Source: Hypanus sabinus (lineage: Eukaryota). From it: a stretch of 64,000 nt of DNA. This document shows, one piece after another, positions 24,268 through 37,492 of the stretch. Numbering within the stretch: position 1 is the first letter of the stretch; the number at the start of each line of letters is the position of its first letter. The stretch lies in contig NC_082739.1 of the NCBI RefSeq assembly GCF_030144855.1, forward strand, positions 6,820,001-6,884,000, in the 5' to 3' direction. The notes beneath the pieces were generated by a model. That model was not told the DNA's origin, ran no database searches, and was given only the letters and a program-made list of their open reading frames with translations. The translations under genes were made by a program, and so were the position numbers.

Positions 24268-26492
24268 GCCAGGGCCAGGGCCAGGGCCAGCTGCCGCTAA
24301 TGACTATGGCGGCTGGCCACCAGGACAGCCTCTTGTACGCCTGGGACAAGTAGTCGGGACGCCGCTTCTTGGTCGACACTGGAGCGGAAATCAGCGTCTT
24401 GCCCCCAACGGGGTATGACACCCGCAACAGGAAGCCAGGACCCACCCTGAGGGCCGCAAACGACGGCATGATACGGACCTACGGCACAGTGCAGCTGCAG
24501 TTCGGCGCCAGCCGGTTCACGTGGGACTTCACACTGGCCGCGGTGGCCCAACCACTCCGAGGGCGGACTTCTTGTGAGCTCACAGCCTGCTGGTCGACTT
24601 GCAAGGGAAAAGACTGGTACATGCCGAGACTTTCCAGACATTCTCCCTGGGTGAAGCCAAGTTGCCGGCCCCACACCTGGACTCCATCACACTGTCAGAC
24701 AACGAATTCCGACCCAGGGACCACCCCTCCACACCCGCGCATGAAGGCACCCCCCCTGCCCCCGGGAAAAGCTCCGCCTGGCGATGGAGTTCAAGAGGAT
24801 GGAGGGATTGGGGATCATACGGAGGTCCGACAGCCCATGGGCCTCCCCCCTGTACATGGTGCCCAAAGCCGCTGGGGGTTGGAGACCATGCGGCGACTAC
24901 CGCAGACTGAATGAGGCTACCACTCCAGACCGCTACCCCGTGCCGCACATACAGAACTTTGCAGCAAACCTGCACGGGGCAAGAGTATTTTCCAAAGTAG
25001 ACCTTGTCCGGGGATACCATCAAATCCCGGTGCACCCTGAAGACATCCCCAAAACAGCACTCATCACCCCGTTCGGCCTGTTCGAGTTCCTCCGAATGCC
25101 ATTCAGCCTAAAGAATGCCGCACAGACGTTCCAGCGGCTAATGGATGCGGTGGGACGCGTCCTGGACTTTGTGTTCATCTATTTGGACGACATCCTTATA
25201 GCCAGCAGTTGTCGCCAGGAGCATCTGTCCCACCTCCGCCAGCTCTACTCCCACCTGAGTGATTTCGGCCTCACGATCAACCCGGCCAAATGCCAGTTCA
25301 GTCTCAATACCATTGACTTCCTGGGCCACAGGATTAACCAAAGACGGGGCAACACCTCTGCCCGCCAAGGTAGACGTGATCTGCCACTTTGCCCAGCCCA
25401 ACACGGTCAAAGGCCTGCAGGAGTTTGTTGTATGGTGAACTTCTACCACCGTTTCCTCCCCTCAGCAGCCCGTATCATGTGCACTTTGTAGACCCTGATG
25501 TCGGGTAAAGGCAAAGACATTACTTGGGACAAGGAGGCCACGGCCACTTTCGTTTAAGCCAAGGAAGCCTTGGCAGATGCCGCAATGCTGGTGCACCCCA
25601 GAATGGACGTTCCGACCGCACTCATGGTGGACGCATCCGACACAGCAGTCGGTGGGGTGCTGGAGCAACTCATCGAGGGGCGCTGGCAACCCCTGGCATT
25701 CTTCAGCAAGCACCTACGACCATCCGAACTCAAGTACAGTGCTTTCGACCGGGAGCTGTTGGCACTGTATCTGGCAATCCGGCATTTCAGGTACTTCTTA
25801 GAAGGCAGGCCGTTCACCGCGTTCACGGACCACAAACCGTTGACCTTCGCGTTCACGAAGGTGTCCGATCCCTGGTCGGCTCGCCAACAGCGACATCTGT
25901 CCTACATCTCCGAGTACACGACGGACATCCAGCATGTCTCGGGAAAGGACAACGTCGTGGCGGGTGCACTCTCCAGACCAGCTGTCCAGGCCCTGTCCCG
26001 GGGGTGGCCTATGCAGCACTGGCGGAGGCGCAGCAGGCAGACGACGAGATGCCCAGCTACAGGACCGCAGTCTCGGGTTTGCAGCTGCAGGACTTTCTCA
26101 TAGGCCCAGGTGAGAGGACCCTCCTGTGCGACGTGGCTACCAGCCAACCTCGCCCCATCGTCCCGGCAGCCTGGAGGCACCGAGTTTTCGACTCCGTATG
26201 CGGTTTGGCTCACCCATCTATTAGGACAACCGTCCGGCTGGTCTCCAGCAAGTTCACTTGGCACGGACTTCACAAGCAGGTCAGTGAATGGGCCAGAACG
26301 TGCGCACAGTGCCAAACAGCCAAGGTGCAGCGTGTGGGGAGAGACTAGTAATGCACCTCTGATGTCATTTCCACCTGGAGAAGTCGGGCGCTAGGGATTA
26401 AATGCCAGCGCCGCGAAGTTTGAATAAACTAGTCTCGAAACGACTTACCGACTGCGTGTCGTCTCTAGCTCTGTATGTAGTACATCGCTACA
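24268..26492 (+). mobile_element. Truncated, inactivated Ty3/Gypsy LTR retrotransposon (protease, RT, RNase H, integrase N-terminus, partial 3' LTR)
   Basis: Protease VDTGAEISVLP; [46 protein letters not shown]; RNase H VDASD..YSAFDRELLA..TDHKPL; integrase HPS..C..C. The domain order is that of Gypsy. Stops and frameshifts are present. The end carries AATAAA and ...cgctaCA at 26492. Confidence 0.93.
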
Positions 26493-29112
26493 GCTCCACA
26501 GAAGAAAAAAAACTTACTAGACAACCACTTCCTGTCTCATCGCCACCTTATCTTTATCAATGCACAAGTGTCAATTAAAGATTCAATAATATGCCGAGGT
26601 ACCCACTTTCTCAGCCATGCTCAGTTCCACTTTCCAAGTCCTTGTTGATTCTGCACAAATTTTTTTTTCTGCATAATCAAAAACCTCCAAAATTTCTCCT
26701 CCCAATCTACATATTCACAACATCCCTTGTGATCTTGCACTTTAGTTCAGAACCATTATTGTTTAACATATACCCCCAAAAACACAAAACAATCTATACA
26801 TTACACCATTCCATATTTCTTTTGCCTTACGTCCTGTAGGAGAAAGCAACTATTGAACCCTCTAAGTCTGTTACATCATTGAACTTAATCATAGCGGATG
26901 TGTACATCTTTATCTAATAGATTAGTTCAGGTTAACTTCACAACCCTCATTATCCTTATTAGCCCAAAAGTCTTACCACGATCCAGCAACGTGAGGTGAA
27001 CCTCCACTGCATAGTCAGCAGCACTTATAGAGATTACAAGCTGCTGATAATTGCTGGCTTTCAGATCTGAGAAATGGTACACACACGCACGATTTCTATC
27101 CCCTCATGTAAGACAGGAATGTAAATATTGGACATTTGCCAGAAAAACTAAAATTCAACCAGACGTACAAACACCACCAGTGATCACTTCACAGCTATTC
27201 GGGGAGGGTGCTTTAAGTGGAATTAGGAACTAAGGAAAGACGAACATCCTATATGGCTTTTAACTCCTTAGATTCCAAATGGTATACTCAATGGCTTCTG
27301 ACATCTATGAATCTCTGCAATATTGTTTCCTTCAAAATGAGAAAGTCCAAGTATTTTTCATTACTACAGCTTCTATATGGAGAACCTTGACTCAAGTTAA
27401 CTCTTTCAGCCTCCAGAAATCAACCATTTGTTAGCATTGTGACTTAAAGTTTTAATATTTCGAGCATTAAAAAAAGATTGCCACCACAAGAAAAAGTTAT
27501 GCAGAAGAAAGCACTAATCCCTTTTCCAATGTTTTGGTTGCAACCAGTATTTATATGGAACTTTCAATGTAGGGATACAATATAGGTTACATTGTCCTTC
27601 ACAAGACTATTGCCAAATAAAATTTAATACTCAGCCATATAATTATATATTAGCATTGATGGAAGTGATTGGTTGAAAAAAAATGGCATAAACAGATGGA
27701 ATTCCAAGGTTTAGGACCCGACCAACTGAAGCAGCCATCGATGGTAAAACAATTAAAACATGGGGCAGCAGAAGCAAGGCTGTGGTTGGGGGATGGACGA
27801 TAAGAAAAGATAAATGAGATAAGGACACTTCAAAGCCACAAGGCAAATGGGAAGTAACGCAAGTCCTTGGATGCACTTAGAAACGCATAGATGCATTATG
27901 GGTAGGAATATGGAAATACAGACAGTGAAAGATATTAAAAATCAATATTCTTCACTTTTTAAAGTAATAAAGGCCTTTAAAGACAAGTTGAAGTTAGCTT
28001 GGCAGAAACTTCTGATCTAATAAGGTAGTGTATGGGAGAGAAAACAGTCTGCAGTCCCAGGTAGCAGGAAGAGCAAACACTGAATGAAAATTCAGTGGAG
28101 TCAAAGCAATCAGAGATGTAAGAAGCAGGAGAACCAGAGGAAAATATTCTCACACATTTAGCAGTAGCAACCAGTGAAATTTCTTCTCTATTATATTGCA
28201 AGATGCCACAGTCATAGGGAAAGCAGATTTGATTTGTTACAAGTTAAACATTAAAAACACACAATGCAACACCAGGAATTAGGGAAAAAAATTGAGACGC
28301 ACTCCACAAGCTTGATAGTTACTCTCATCAGGCTGGTAGCAAAGTTATTTCATGATTAGCTAGGCTATTACATGATTAGCCTAGTCCGAATTCATTTGCG
28401 GTCTAGCACTAACCTTGAAAACCGTTTTGAAAAGAATGACAGTGTCCAGGACTGCCCAGAATGAACAGAATAACCAAATTTACACAGGAAGCCAGCACTT
28501 ACCAGACCCTTCATTCTAACACACATAACCCTGTGTTATATCTGGAAGCAATTACACAGAGTTAAACATGATCTACCTTCAAGCTGCCTTCCTCTGAAAT
28601 TAAAGTCTGAAGAAATATTTTAAACATTTGTAAAAGGAGATGGCAGGGTCTGTGCAGACTGCCTGGCTAAGTTTACTAATTTGCCACTCAAAACAATTCC
28701 ACATGCAAGCTTTTATTGTGGCTTAAATTTTAACAGATTCTTCACAGGTAGATTTTGAACAATTGGAAGCATCTGAAAATAAAATTGACACAGGGAAAAA
28801 TAAAATTAAATTACTTTGAAGATAATTTATCAAAATTAATGCACATTTCAAAAATATAATTAGTTCTGAAAATTGAGGGCTTTTCTTTTAATAAGCTTTT
28901 ACCTTACACTCCTGTAACTGAATGATTAGATGATACTTCTAAATCAAGATTCCCTTTACGTTCCATGTATAATAAAGTGCAAAGGCATTTCAGTATAGAA
29001 GTTCAAATAAACACATACAAAGGATTCAATGTGGTACTTTAAATCACTAAGCAGTATTATCTACATGCACCAAAAATCTGACAAGAGAATGGAGGAGAAA
29101 TGTCAGCTGAAG

Positions 29113-29127
29113 AGTACATTATGTACC
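29113..29127. promoter_or_regulatory. Candidate glucocorticoid/steroid response element
   Basis: AGTACA-tta-TGTACC matches RGNACAnnnTGTNCY exactly and lies in unique intronic sequence. Confidence 0.4.
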
Positions 29128-29444
29128 AGGTTACAGCAAAGTCACAATTCAATTCAAAGGTTGTTTGGAGGAAGAAACTACACTGATAAGAATGGTTGTT
29201 ATCTCAGCATGGCTGGTGAGAAATTTCGGAAATCCAAACTCACTCACAACCTGGCTTTACTTTTCAGTGGTTGAAATTTAAAATTGGGCAGGAGGATGGG
29301 GGTGGGCATGCCCAAGTTAAAATGATCAATTAATTAATTCCAGAAGAAAGAAAAACCTCGTTGTTGCATATGCGATCTCCCGATTCTGTCATTTGGACAG
29401 GATGTTGGGTGGATTAGGGTAAACCTTCCCCAATGATGCTCTGG

Positions 29445-29675
29445 AGTGTAGTGGTTAGCACGATGCTATTGCAGCTCAGGACATCGGAGTTCAATTTCGG
29501 TGTCGTGACTGTGAGCGCGAGCAGGTTTTTGTTTCCACCAGGTGCTCCGGTTTCCTCCCACATTCCAAAGACTCATTGGTCATTGTAAATTGTCCTGTGA
29601 TTAGGCTTGGGTCAAATCAGCGGGTTGCTGGGCGGCAAAGCTCAGCCTCCTCAATGCTGGATCTCTAAATAAAAT
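29445..29675 (+). mobile_element. tRNA-derived SINE
   Basis: gtgtagtggttagc..ggagttcaatt..gctccggtttcctcccaca..cattgtaaattgtcctgtgattagg. Confidence 0.7.
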
Positions 29676-30444
29676 AAAACCTAAAGCCAAAACAAAAATT
29701 AATCTTTTCCAAGATCAAACTGCTGCTTCAATCCACAATATGATTCCATCCCTGTTCTGCACCAGGAAAACACATAAATATGAAAATAATTCTCCACTGA
29801 ATTGTGAGCAATTAGTCCATTACAGAATCAAAGAGAAATACAACAGGAGGCTATTGTGATTCTGCGAGTTCTTTGATAGCTCCCCAATTATTTCTATTCC
29901 TGCTCTTTTAAAAAACACTGCCCTCCAAATTTTTAAGCTAATTGACAATTGGATTATGTTGGCAGGCAGATGCTGAATATTTGTTGGCTTTGCAAATTAC
30001 CCAAGGATTTATGAAAATAAACAGAAAATGCTTAATCAACACAAGGACCCCAGCACTTTTAAAGACAGCGTTTGAAATGAAACAGCCGATATTTAATCAG
30101 TCAGTCAACCTTGCTGAATGTTCCAAGCACAGTAAACTAATTTATGCAGTTGGTGTTATGGTACAAACTAAACTTATCATAATGTTGTGTACATCAAGAT
30201 CCCAATTAATGAAAGATTACCGTCTACAAGTTAATCCAACATTGACTTCTGGTCTTTTTTTTTGCTTCTTTTTTCAGCCCTTTTATGTTTTGTTATATAA
30301 ATAAGTTTGTGAACAAAATTAGTACAACTCACATCACTATATTCTTTTATTCCCCTTTCACTCACAGATTTATTTAGCTCCCCTTAACATTAACTGACAT
30401 CCACCCCAATTAGCTCTTGTGCTAGCAAGATCCACAATAAGCAA

Positions 30445-30540
30445 ATCCCGATGAAGGGTCTCGGCCCAAAACGTCAAATATTTATTCCCCTGCACAGGTG
30501 CTGCCTCACTAGCCGAGTTCCTCCAGCATATTGTGTGTGT
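30445..30540 (+). repeat. Penelope terminal-repeat fragment with degenerate hammerhead motif
   Basis: ccgatgaagggtctcggcccaaaacgtc ... gagttcctccagcatattgtgtgtgt. Confidence 0.7.
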
Positions 30541-33129
30541 AACAGTATTCCAAGCACTTTTGATTTGAATTTTATATATTATTTGCTTATGTTGTTACAG
30601 TAATCTGTGTGGAAGGGATAAATGGTCCTTGTGGAATATCAAATCTAAAAGCTAAAGCCCAAAACTTGATTGAAAAGAGGCAGGTACAGCACGAGTCTAT
30701 GCTTTCCTTCAAATATCATTAATTTTGAATTCTGGTTAAGAACATGCACTGATTTTGAGTGATCAGAAGACAGCCTCTACCAACAAGATTCATGGCTGTT
30801 ACTGTGATAACTTGGGTTACTATGATCACCCACTCGAGAAATCCATTATCATTTTTGTCCAAACCCCATTGTACACATCTTCAAACTTAAGGGGAGAATG
30901 GGTGAGAAAGAAACAATTCAAGAGCCACATGGTTATAAATTATCCTATAGTGCAATTCACATTAAAAGTTTAAAAAAATGTAGTACTATGGCCTTAAATT
31001 ATACAGCACATTTTAAAATAAATAAACACCTTAAGTTCCTTGTAGAGGGAATAAATCAGAGGTCATGAGTGTATTTCTTGCTAAAGGAATGTCAATCTGT
31101 AGACTTTTTGTTAACCTCGTGACTCAAGATAAGAACCAGAGTGACTGAAATCCCAAGTGTCTTTCCAACAAGCAGGGGTTACACGAGCAGGTCAAGATCT
31201 TGCGCCTTGCTGCAGCATTCATTTCCTGAGCAACCCAGGTCTTCCAGTAATAAAGCTAATGGGACTTCCTAGCATGGCATGTACAGACTGACAGAGCTGT
31301 CTGTCAGTGGCCATGCAAAGGGGAAGTGCTGGTTTCGATTATGAGGTTACATTACCAGGTGCCGCTAATAAGCTCAAGAATAAAGAGGACTGAGTGGCAG
31401 TGGGGGTGGTGGGGGAAGAGGGAGATAGAAAGGCGAGCGAGTTAAATGTGTTCCTTGGAGAAATATGGAAAATATGCTCAACACAATAATAACTCACACA
31501 AGGCACCGTTATCTTAGTCAAGGAGGGAGGCATGTTAATTTGTATTCTCAAAGCCAATGGCAAAGCATATCAGCAGCAGCATCACATGACGTGCAAGCAA
31601 CCTCCAAATGTCCTCTCATCCTTGTGCTCCATGAAATCAGTCAGATCAGACAAGCACACCTTTCAGCTTCTTGCACCTTTGAACCTTTCCATTCATTCCT
31701 CACAATTCTGCTCATTCTTTGGGCGCCTACATTTTATCCCCAACTCCTTTCAATAGCATTTCTCGAGTCATTAAACCTACCTGTATCATCCTTTAAAAAT
31801 AAAACTCAGTTTGTTAGTATGACTTGGGATCTCTGCTTTAAAGACCAATGCAGTGGATATTTCAGGCTGTAAGCTTTCATTATTTTCCATGCCAACAGAG
31901 GTCAGGTGTCAAATATTAGCTTCTTTCCTGTCAAATCTGATTTTCTTTAAAAACACAGAAACATCAGCTATGCAAATATATTTTGTAATGCTAGATTCAT
32001 TTCTAGATAAAGGCCACAGTTTAACATCCTTATAATTATATCATTTGAAAGCATGTTCAGACAGTACAACTGCATTGTGAATATGCAGGAAAAGGAATAG
32101 GCCATTCAGCCGCTCAAACTTATCCAGCCATGTTGGATAGCACCGACTAAATATTTTAATTGATGAAACTAGACAGAGATACCACATTGCACTTGTACTT
32201 TGGAGAGGAAATTAGTCCTCAATTGCTTGGGCTAAACTCAAAATAGTAGTAGCAATCACTCAGGTCGAGCATGATGTTCTCCAAAGGAGTTGTCTATTGG
32301 TGGGTCCTCAGGTGGCCACAGAGGACAATCCGGGATCCGCATAACTGGGATGTTAGGATGGGTTTCCTGAATGAAGAACACCTGTGCATGACTGTTTAAT
32401 GAGGTGAGTCTGATGCATGGACAGCCACCTTATAGCCCTTGACAGATTGGCGACTGGGACCAGTGGTATAGAGTGCAAGACAACTGAGGACATTTCATTG
32501 CTGTTGTAATGTGTCGTCATCTTCTGCCAGTTCTGCCACTGAGGTTTTGGTTGGATTATTCTTTTTCTGGAACCTCCCCCTTGACCTTACTGCCATGGGT
32601 GACCCTACCGGGAGCTAGACGCCAGGCAGCATTGAACTTCCAAGCCTCTCTGCCAATGATCCTCAGAGAATATAGCAGCATTTGCACTTCTATTCTGTTT
32701 AAAATCCTGTTAACAATGACATTTGTGCATTTAGCACTTGCAACTGAGGACAGCTTTTGGCCCCATCACATCCACACAAGCAAGAGAATATTGCTGTTGC
32801 CAAGATTCTTCTCTTGGTAACTGTTCTAACTGAATTCCAATTTTATAACTCTTGAAAAAGATTTGCATGAAATACTTCCAACAGTCTTAACCCAACAAAT
32901 GCTGCAAGTAATTTAGCAGCAAGTGGTACAAACGAGGATTTTAATTCCATCCAATGCAACTGCAGGTTAGTCAAAAAGCTTCAGAATAAGGTGTTGTGTA
33001 CCAGGTGTTCAGTGGTCAGTTTAGACAAGGCAAGTTCTCTTTAACTAAAGAGCTAGTCTCAAATCAAGGGCATTTTGAGATTAGAAAGAGGTAGTGTTGG
33101 ATCTCATCAAGTGACAAGGGTCTGATGGT

Positions 33130-34470
33130 ATATAATACATGTTACTGAGAGTCAAGAGATGAGATTGTTGGGGCTTTGGACAAGATCTTCAAATACTCTC
33201 TAGCCAGGGGGTAAGGTTCAGAGGACTGGCAAGCAGCTTTGTGTTTTTCAAGAAGGACAATAGGGATAATGCTCAAACTGATAGAGGTGAGAGTGTCATG
33301 TCAGTGGTAGTGAATCTATTGGGAGAGAATTCTTTAAGATAGATTTATGAACCTTTGGAAAACCATGGCCTATTTAGGGACAAACACCATAGCTTAATGT
33401 GAGACAAGTCTTAATGGCTTGACTGAGTTTTTCAAGGAGGCAACAAAGGATATGGATGAAGGTAGAGCTGTAGATGTAATCTACATGGATTTTAGTAAGG
33501 TCCCTCATAGGACACTCATCCAGAGAATTGAGATGCATAGGATCCATGGTGATTTAGCCATTTGGATTCAGAATTGACTTGTCCATAGAAGTCATAACAT
33601 AGTGGTGGATGCATCTGATTCTGGCTGGACCTCTGTGACTAGTTGTGTTCTGCAGAGATCCATACTGGGGTTTCTGCTGACTTGAATGAAAATATGGATG
33701 GGCAGGTTGGTAAGTTTGCAGACGATACAAAGATTGGTGGAGGTGGTGTGTAGCATAGAGGATGGTGAATGGATGCAGCAGGATGTAGATACAGGTGGAG
33801 TTTATCTCGCCAAATATGAGGTGCTACACTTTGGTAAATCAAATGCAAAGGGACAAAACACAGTTAATGTCAAAACCCTCAACAGTATCAATGCATAGAG
33901 GGATCTTTGGGTCCAAGTCCATAGCTCTCTGAAAGTAGCTGCACAAGTTGATAAGGTGGTGGAGGCAGCATTTTGCACACTTGCCCTCACTAGCTGAGGG
34001 ATTGAGCTTGAGTGAACTAGTTACATTGCAGCTTTATAAAACTCTGGTTAGTTCACATCTGGAGCATTCTATTCATTTCTGCTTGCCCCAATATAGAAAG
34101 GATGTGGAGGTTGTGGAGAGGATACACCTGGTTGCTGATGGGATAAATGTTGGACAAAGTTGTGTTGTTTTCTCAGTGGCAGAGGCTGAGGGATGACCTG
34201 ATAGAAGTTGATAAAAATATGAAACACTTGACAGTCAGTATCTTTTCCTAGAGTAGAAATCTCTAAAACCAGAAGACGTGTATTTAATATGAGAAGGGGC
34301 AAGCTCAAAGGAGATGTGTGCAATAAGTTTTAAAAAAATAAGCATGTGTGCGCATGCGCACTATGTGCTGCTACGGGTGGTGATGGAAGTACATACAATA
34401 GAGGTGTTTAAGGGATCTTAGTTAAGGCCTATGAATGTACAGAAAATGAAAAAATATGGACATTGTGACA
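33130..34470 (+). mobile_element. Degraded CR1-like LINE (RT and 3' end)
   Basis: Broken RT motifs: gatgtaatctacatggattttagtaagg (DVIYMDFSK), aagtttgcagacgatacaaag (KFADDTK), LYKTLV..HLE, ggatgacctgatagaag. Confidence 0.8.
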
Positions 34471-36269
34471 GCAGAAGGGATCCATTCAGTAAGTTGTTTC
34501 TTAGCTTGACATAATATCATGGGCCAACAGTCCTGTTCATATGCTGACCCAAGTTCAGTAAAAATCTTTCCTTATCACATAATAGAAATACAATTTAAAA
34601 AGAATCTGAGAAAATGTACTTCGAGGACTGAGGCAGTAAAGACAATTTCTTTTATAAAGAGACAAGCCCACTATGCAGGTGAAAACCCACATCCTTCTCC
34701 CCATAGCGCAAAGCAGTGACACACTCCAAGACAGATAAACATTTCAAATCTTTCTTGTACCTATGTTCTCCTCACATCGCTATCTGCAAACTAAGCCAGG
34801 TGACAGGTGAGGGGATTGGAACGTACCTGTTGCTGGCTTGCAGTTGGGTTATCAAACCACTATCAGAATTATACAGATCGCAAAGCAAGGCTTCATTATC
34901 AGATAATCGAGGTACCATCTGTGCTTTCTCTTGCAGTGCAAAACATCGATACTGGAGAAGATATCATTTTCAATTCGAGGTATTCAAATGGTCAATGCAG
35001 TGGGTTCCTTTTTAAAATTAAAAACATATATACAGCTCCCTCCACACTGCTCAGAGAATGGCCTTAGTCTCTTAACAGTGTGTTCTTCTGCATGCGTCAG
35101 ACAAAATGGATGTGGCACATAAATGCTGCAGGAAACACCCTTTGGAGGCTGGGCTAAGGAGCATCAATCAGCAAAATATATGGACAAGATCTCAGGTCTG
35201 GAGCTTGCCTGTCCATTGTCTGACCTTACTCCCAAAGAGAAACTGGTTAATAGACATATTTGATTAGGGCAGAAAGGAAGTAAAGGCTCTAGATGAGTGT
35301 CTTCCTCTTCGCCAACTCCACCTTTCCTCATTCAGTCTTCCAGAAACACTGCAACATTTAAAGCCTGATCATTACAAAAAAAAAATCAAATTTATACCAC
35401 TTACTGCTTGATGGACTAATTTCATTGCAACTTTGTTCCTGTGGCAATATATTGCCTTGCACTCCAATATTTTACTGATTTGATTCCATATTCCATTGGG
35501 TTTGTTGATATCTACTCTGCATTGACTCATTGTCTTCATTTTTAGCTGCATCTGATCCACAAATAGAATACATATGCAGTTTATATTTCTATCTTAGAGT
35601 GCACTTTACACTTACCTGTATTAATCTGCCCTCACATCAAGACCAATGCTATGAGGATTATAAACACTGTTGGAAGTTCTTAATCCCTTGAGCTTGTTCC
35701 TCCCAATTCCTGCAACACTCATTAATGTGAAGACACTGCTTAATAAAAAAAAATAATAATTCCACGAAATGTCCATTGGTTAGGGGAAGGAGTCTATCAA
35801 GACAGAATTAATTTTTGCAAAAGGAATGAAACTTGAAGTCATGAAAAATATTAATTTTCCAGAGGACCTGCACTCAATGATTAAGAAACAAATTCTTCCC
35901 GCTCAGCCATCAGATTTCTGAACAGTCCATTGATATCATATTATTCCCTTTGTTTTTGCGCTATTTTGCAATTTATTGCAATTTTATGCATTTGCCACAA
36001 AACAACAAATTGTATGTCATATAAGACAGTGCTAATGAATCCGATTCTGTGAAGCACTTGTGCACACTTCATTAAAGTCAAATTCTTTGAAGAACAAAAT
36101 TATATAACAACTTTAGCGCAGGTTATTTAATAGGGTCTGAAGAGCAATCTAGAGAATAAGATAGGACTGAATCATATATGAAGGCGGCATTGGGACTGAT
36201 TTGAGAACAAAAATGGAATATTACAACAACCTAGCAATTTTATTTCAACAAGGTGATGTTATCTCTCAC

Positions 36270-37492
36270 CTGTGTTGCTCAATGGCTTCGCTGTCTGATA
36301 GTTCTACGCCACAGACATTACACCTCTCGCTGGTAGATCTATTCTCAGTCTTCATGCCCACGGCGAGTTCGCCCAGCTTGTTGAAAAGCTCCCTCTGAAT
36401 GAAGCCTTGAGGCAGGAGCCCTCCGTACCCGCTGAAGTCCATCGCCACAGAGAGTGTGGGCTGCACGTGCAGTGCAGACGATAGGGAAGTTGGCACCTCC
36501 AGTAGGCCATCAGTCCTGCGGTTGAATTGAAGGGGATACAACGCAGTGTGCCTCTCACCCTGCGCACTGGAACTGTTCTCTATCCCCACCTGTGGCCCAA
36601 GCCCAGATTCAGGAGGCTGCTCTCCAGAATTTTCTTCACGAACGTAATGCAGTTCACGGGCACTGGTGATGACGCTGCTTCGCGTTGGCGTACCGGGGGC
36701 TTCCTTGTACCTGTCTGAATCAGCTACCTTCTCGCCCCCTGAAGAACCCATTTCTCCCATTTTGGGACTAGCATCCTCCTCTACCTGCATCATTTCGTGC
36801 TTGACTTCGATTACCATGGAATGCCTGCTGCCAGCAGAGAAGGCTTCATCTGTAGAAGCTTGCTGCAGAGATCCCTGAATAATAGACTGCCCAATACTCA
36901 TGAGACTATCTACGGCAGCTTTGGTGGGGCTCATTGCTGAAAGTCCAAATGAAGTGGACACAGAGGGGCTCTGCTCTTCCATTGTCCCAGTTGGCATGGC
37001 CTGGTTAGTCATGTAAGCAGCCTCTTCACCAGAGATTTGCGAAGTAACCAATATATTCTTGTTAAACCTGGCTTTTCCCCCATCCTCCTCTTCAGCAGCT
37101 GTCATCTCTGTATCATTATCATCCGTTGCCTGAATAGTTTCCAGTATCTTCAGACACTGCTCCTCCAAGTACTCAATCTCCAATATTTCTGCTGCATACA
37201 ACAGATCATCCAAGTCCTCTACTTTGGCTTGGAGTGTGGCAGTGTAAGCATATTCCAGGATCTGTTGGAACGTCTTTGGTGAAAGGAAGTCCAAGGTGTA
37301 ATGCTGACTGTTGCGCAGAAACAAGATTTCAAACATCTTACTGGTACAGGCCAAGATGGTGCGATGGGCGTGGAACTCCTGGCTGTCCACCAGGATAACC
37401 ACATCACACAGAGTCCCCAGCAGTCGCATCTGGTTGGCTTTATGAAGGAGCGCTGAGGGATGATTAGGGTTCTGAAGCTTTATTAATCCCAT
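36270..37492 (-). CDS. ZBTB16: ZBTB16/PLZF first coding exon (BTB/POZ domain, linker, first part of C2H2 finger 1); CDS continues outside the window
   Basis: The 408-aa ORF closely matches vertebrate PLZF (LQNPNHP..GTLCDVVILVDSQEFHAHRTILACTSKMFEIL..., SPSVSTSFGLSAMSPTKAAVDSLM, PGTPTRSSVITSARELHY, GGLLPQGFIQRELF.KLGELAVGMK, CxxC..EQHR). The ORF 'stop' lies inside the donor AG|GTGAGA (GT at 36269-36268), a phase-2 junction as in the mammalian exon. Confidence 0.97.

Noticed and set aside
1-36269. Downstream ZBTB16 zinc-finger exons (next expected: KLHSGMKTYGCELCGKRF...)
   Set aside because: No matching sequence was seen by eye or in the ORF track, which would miss short exons. This intron is very long in mammals, so the exons probably lie beyond the window. 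A TBLASTN search would settle it.
36266-37492. Reading the 408-aa ORF as a complete, zinc-finger-less protein
   Set aside because: The TGA is part of the splice donor AG|GTGAGA at the conserved exon boundary.
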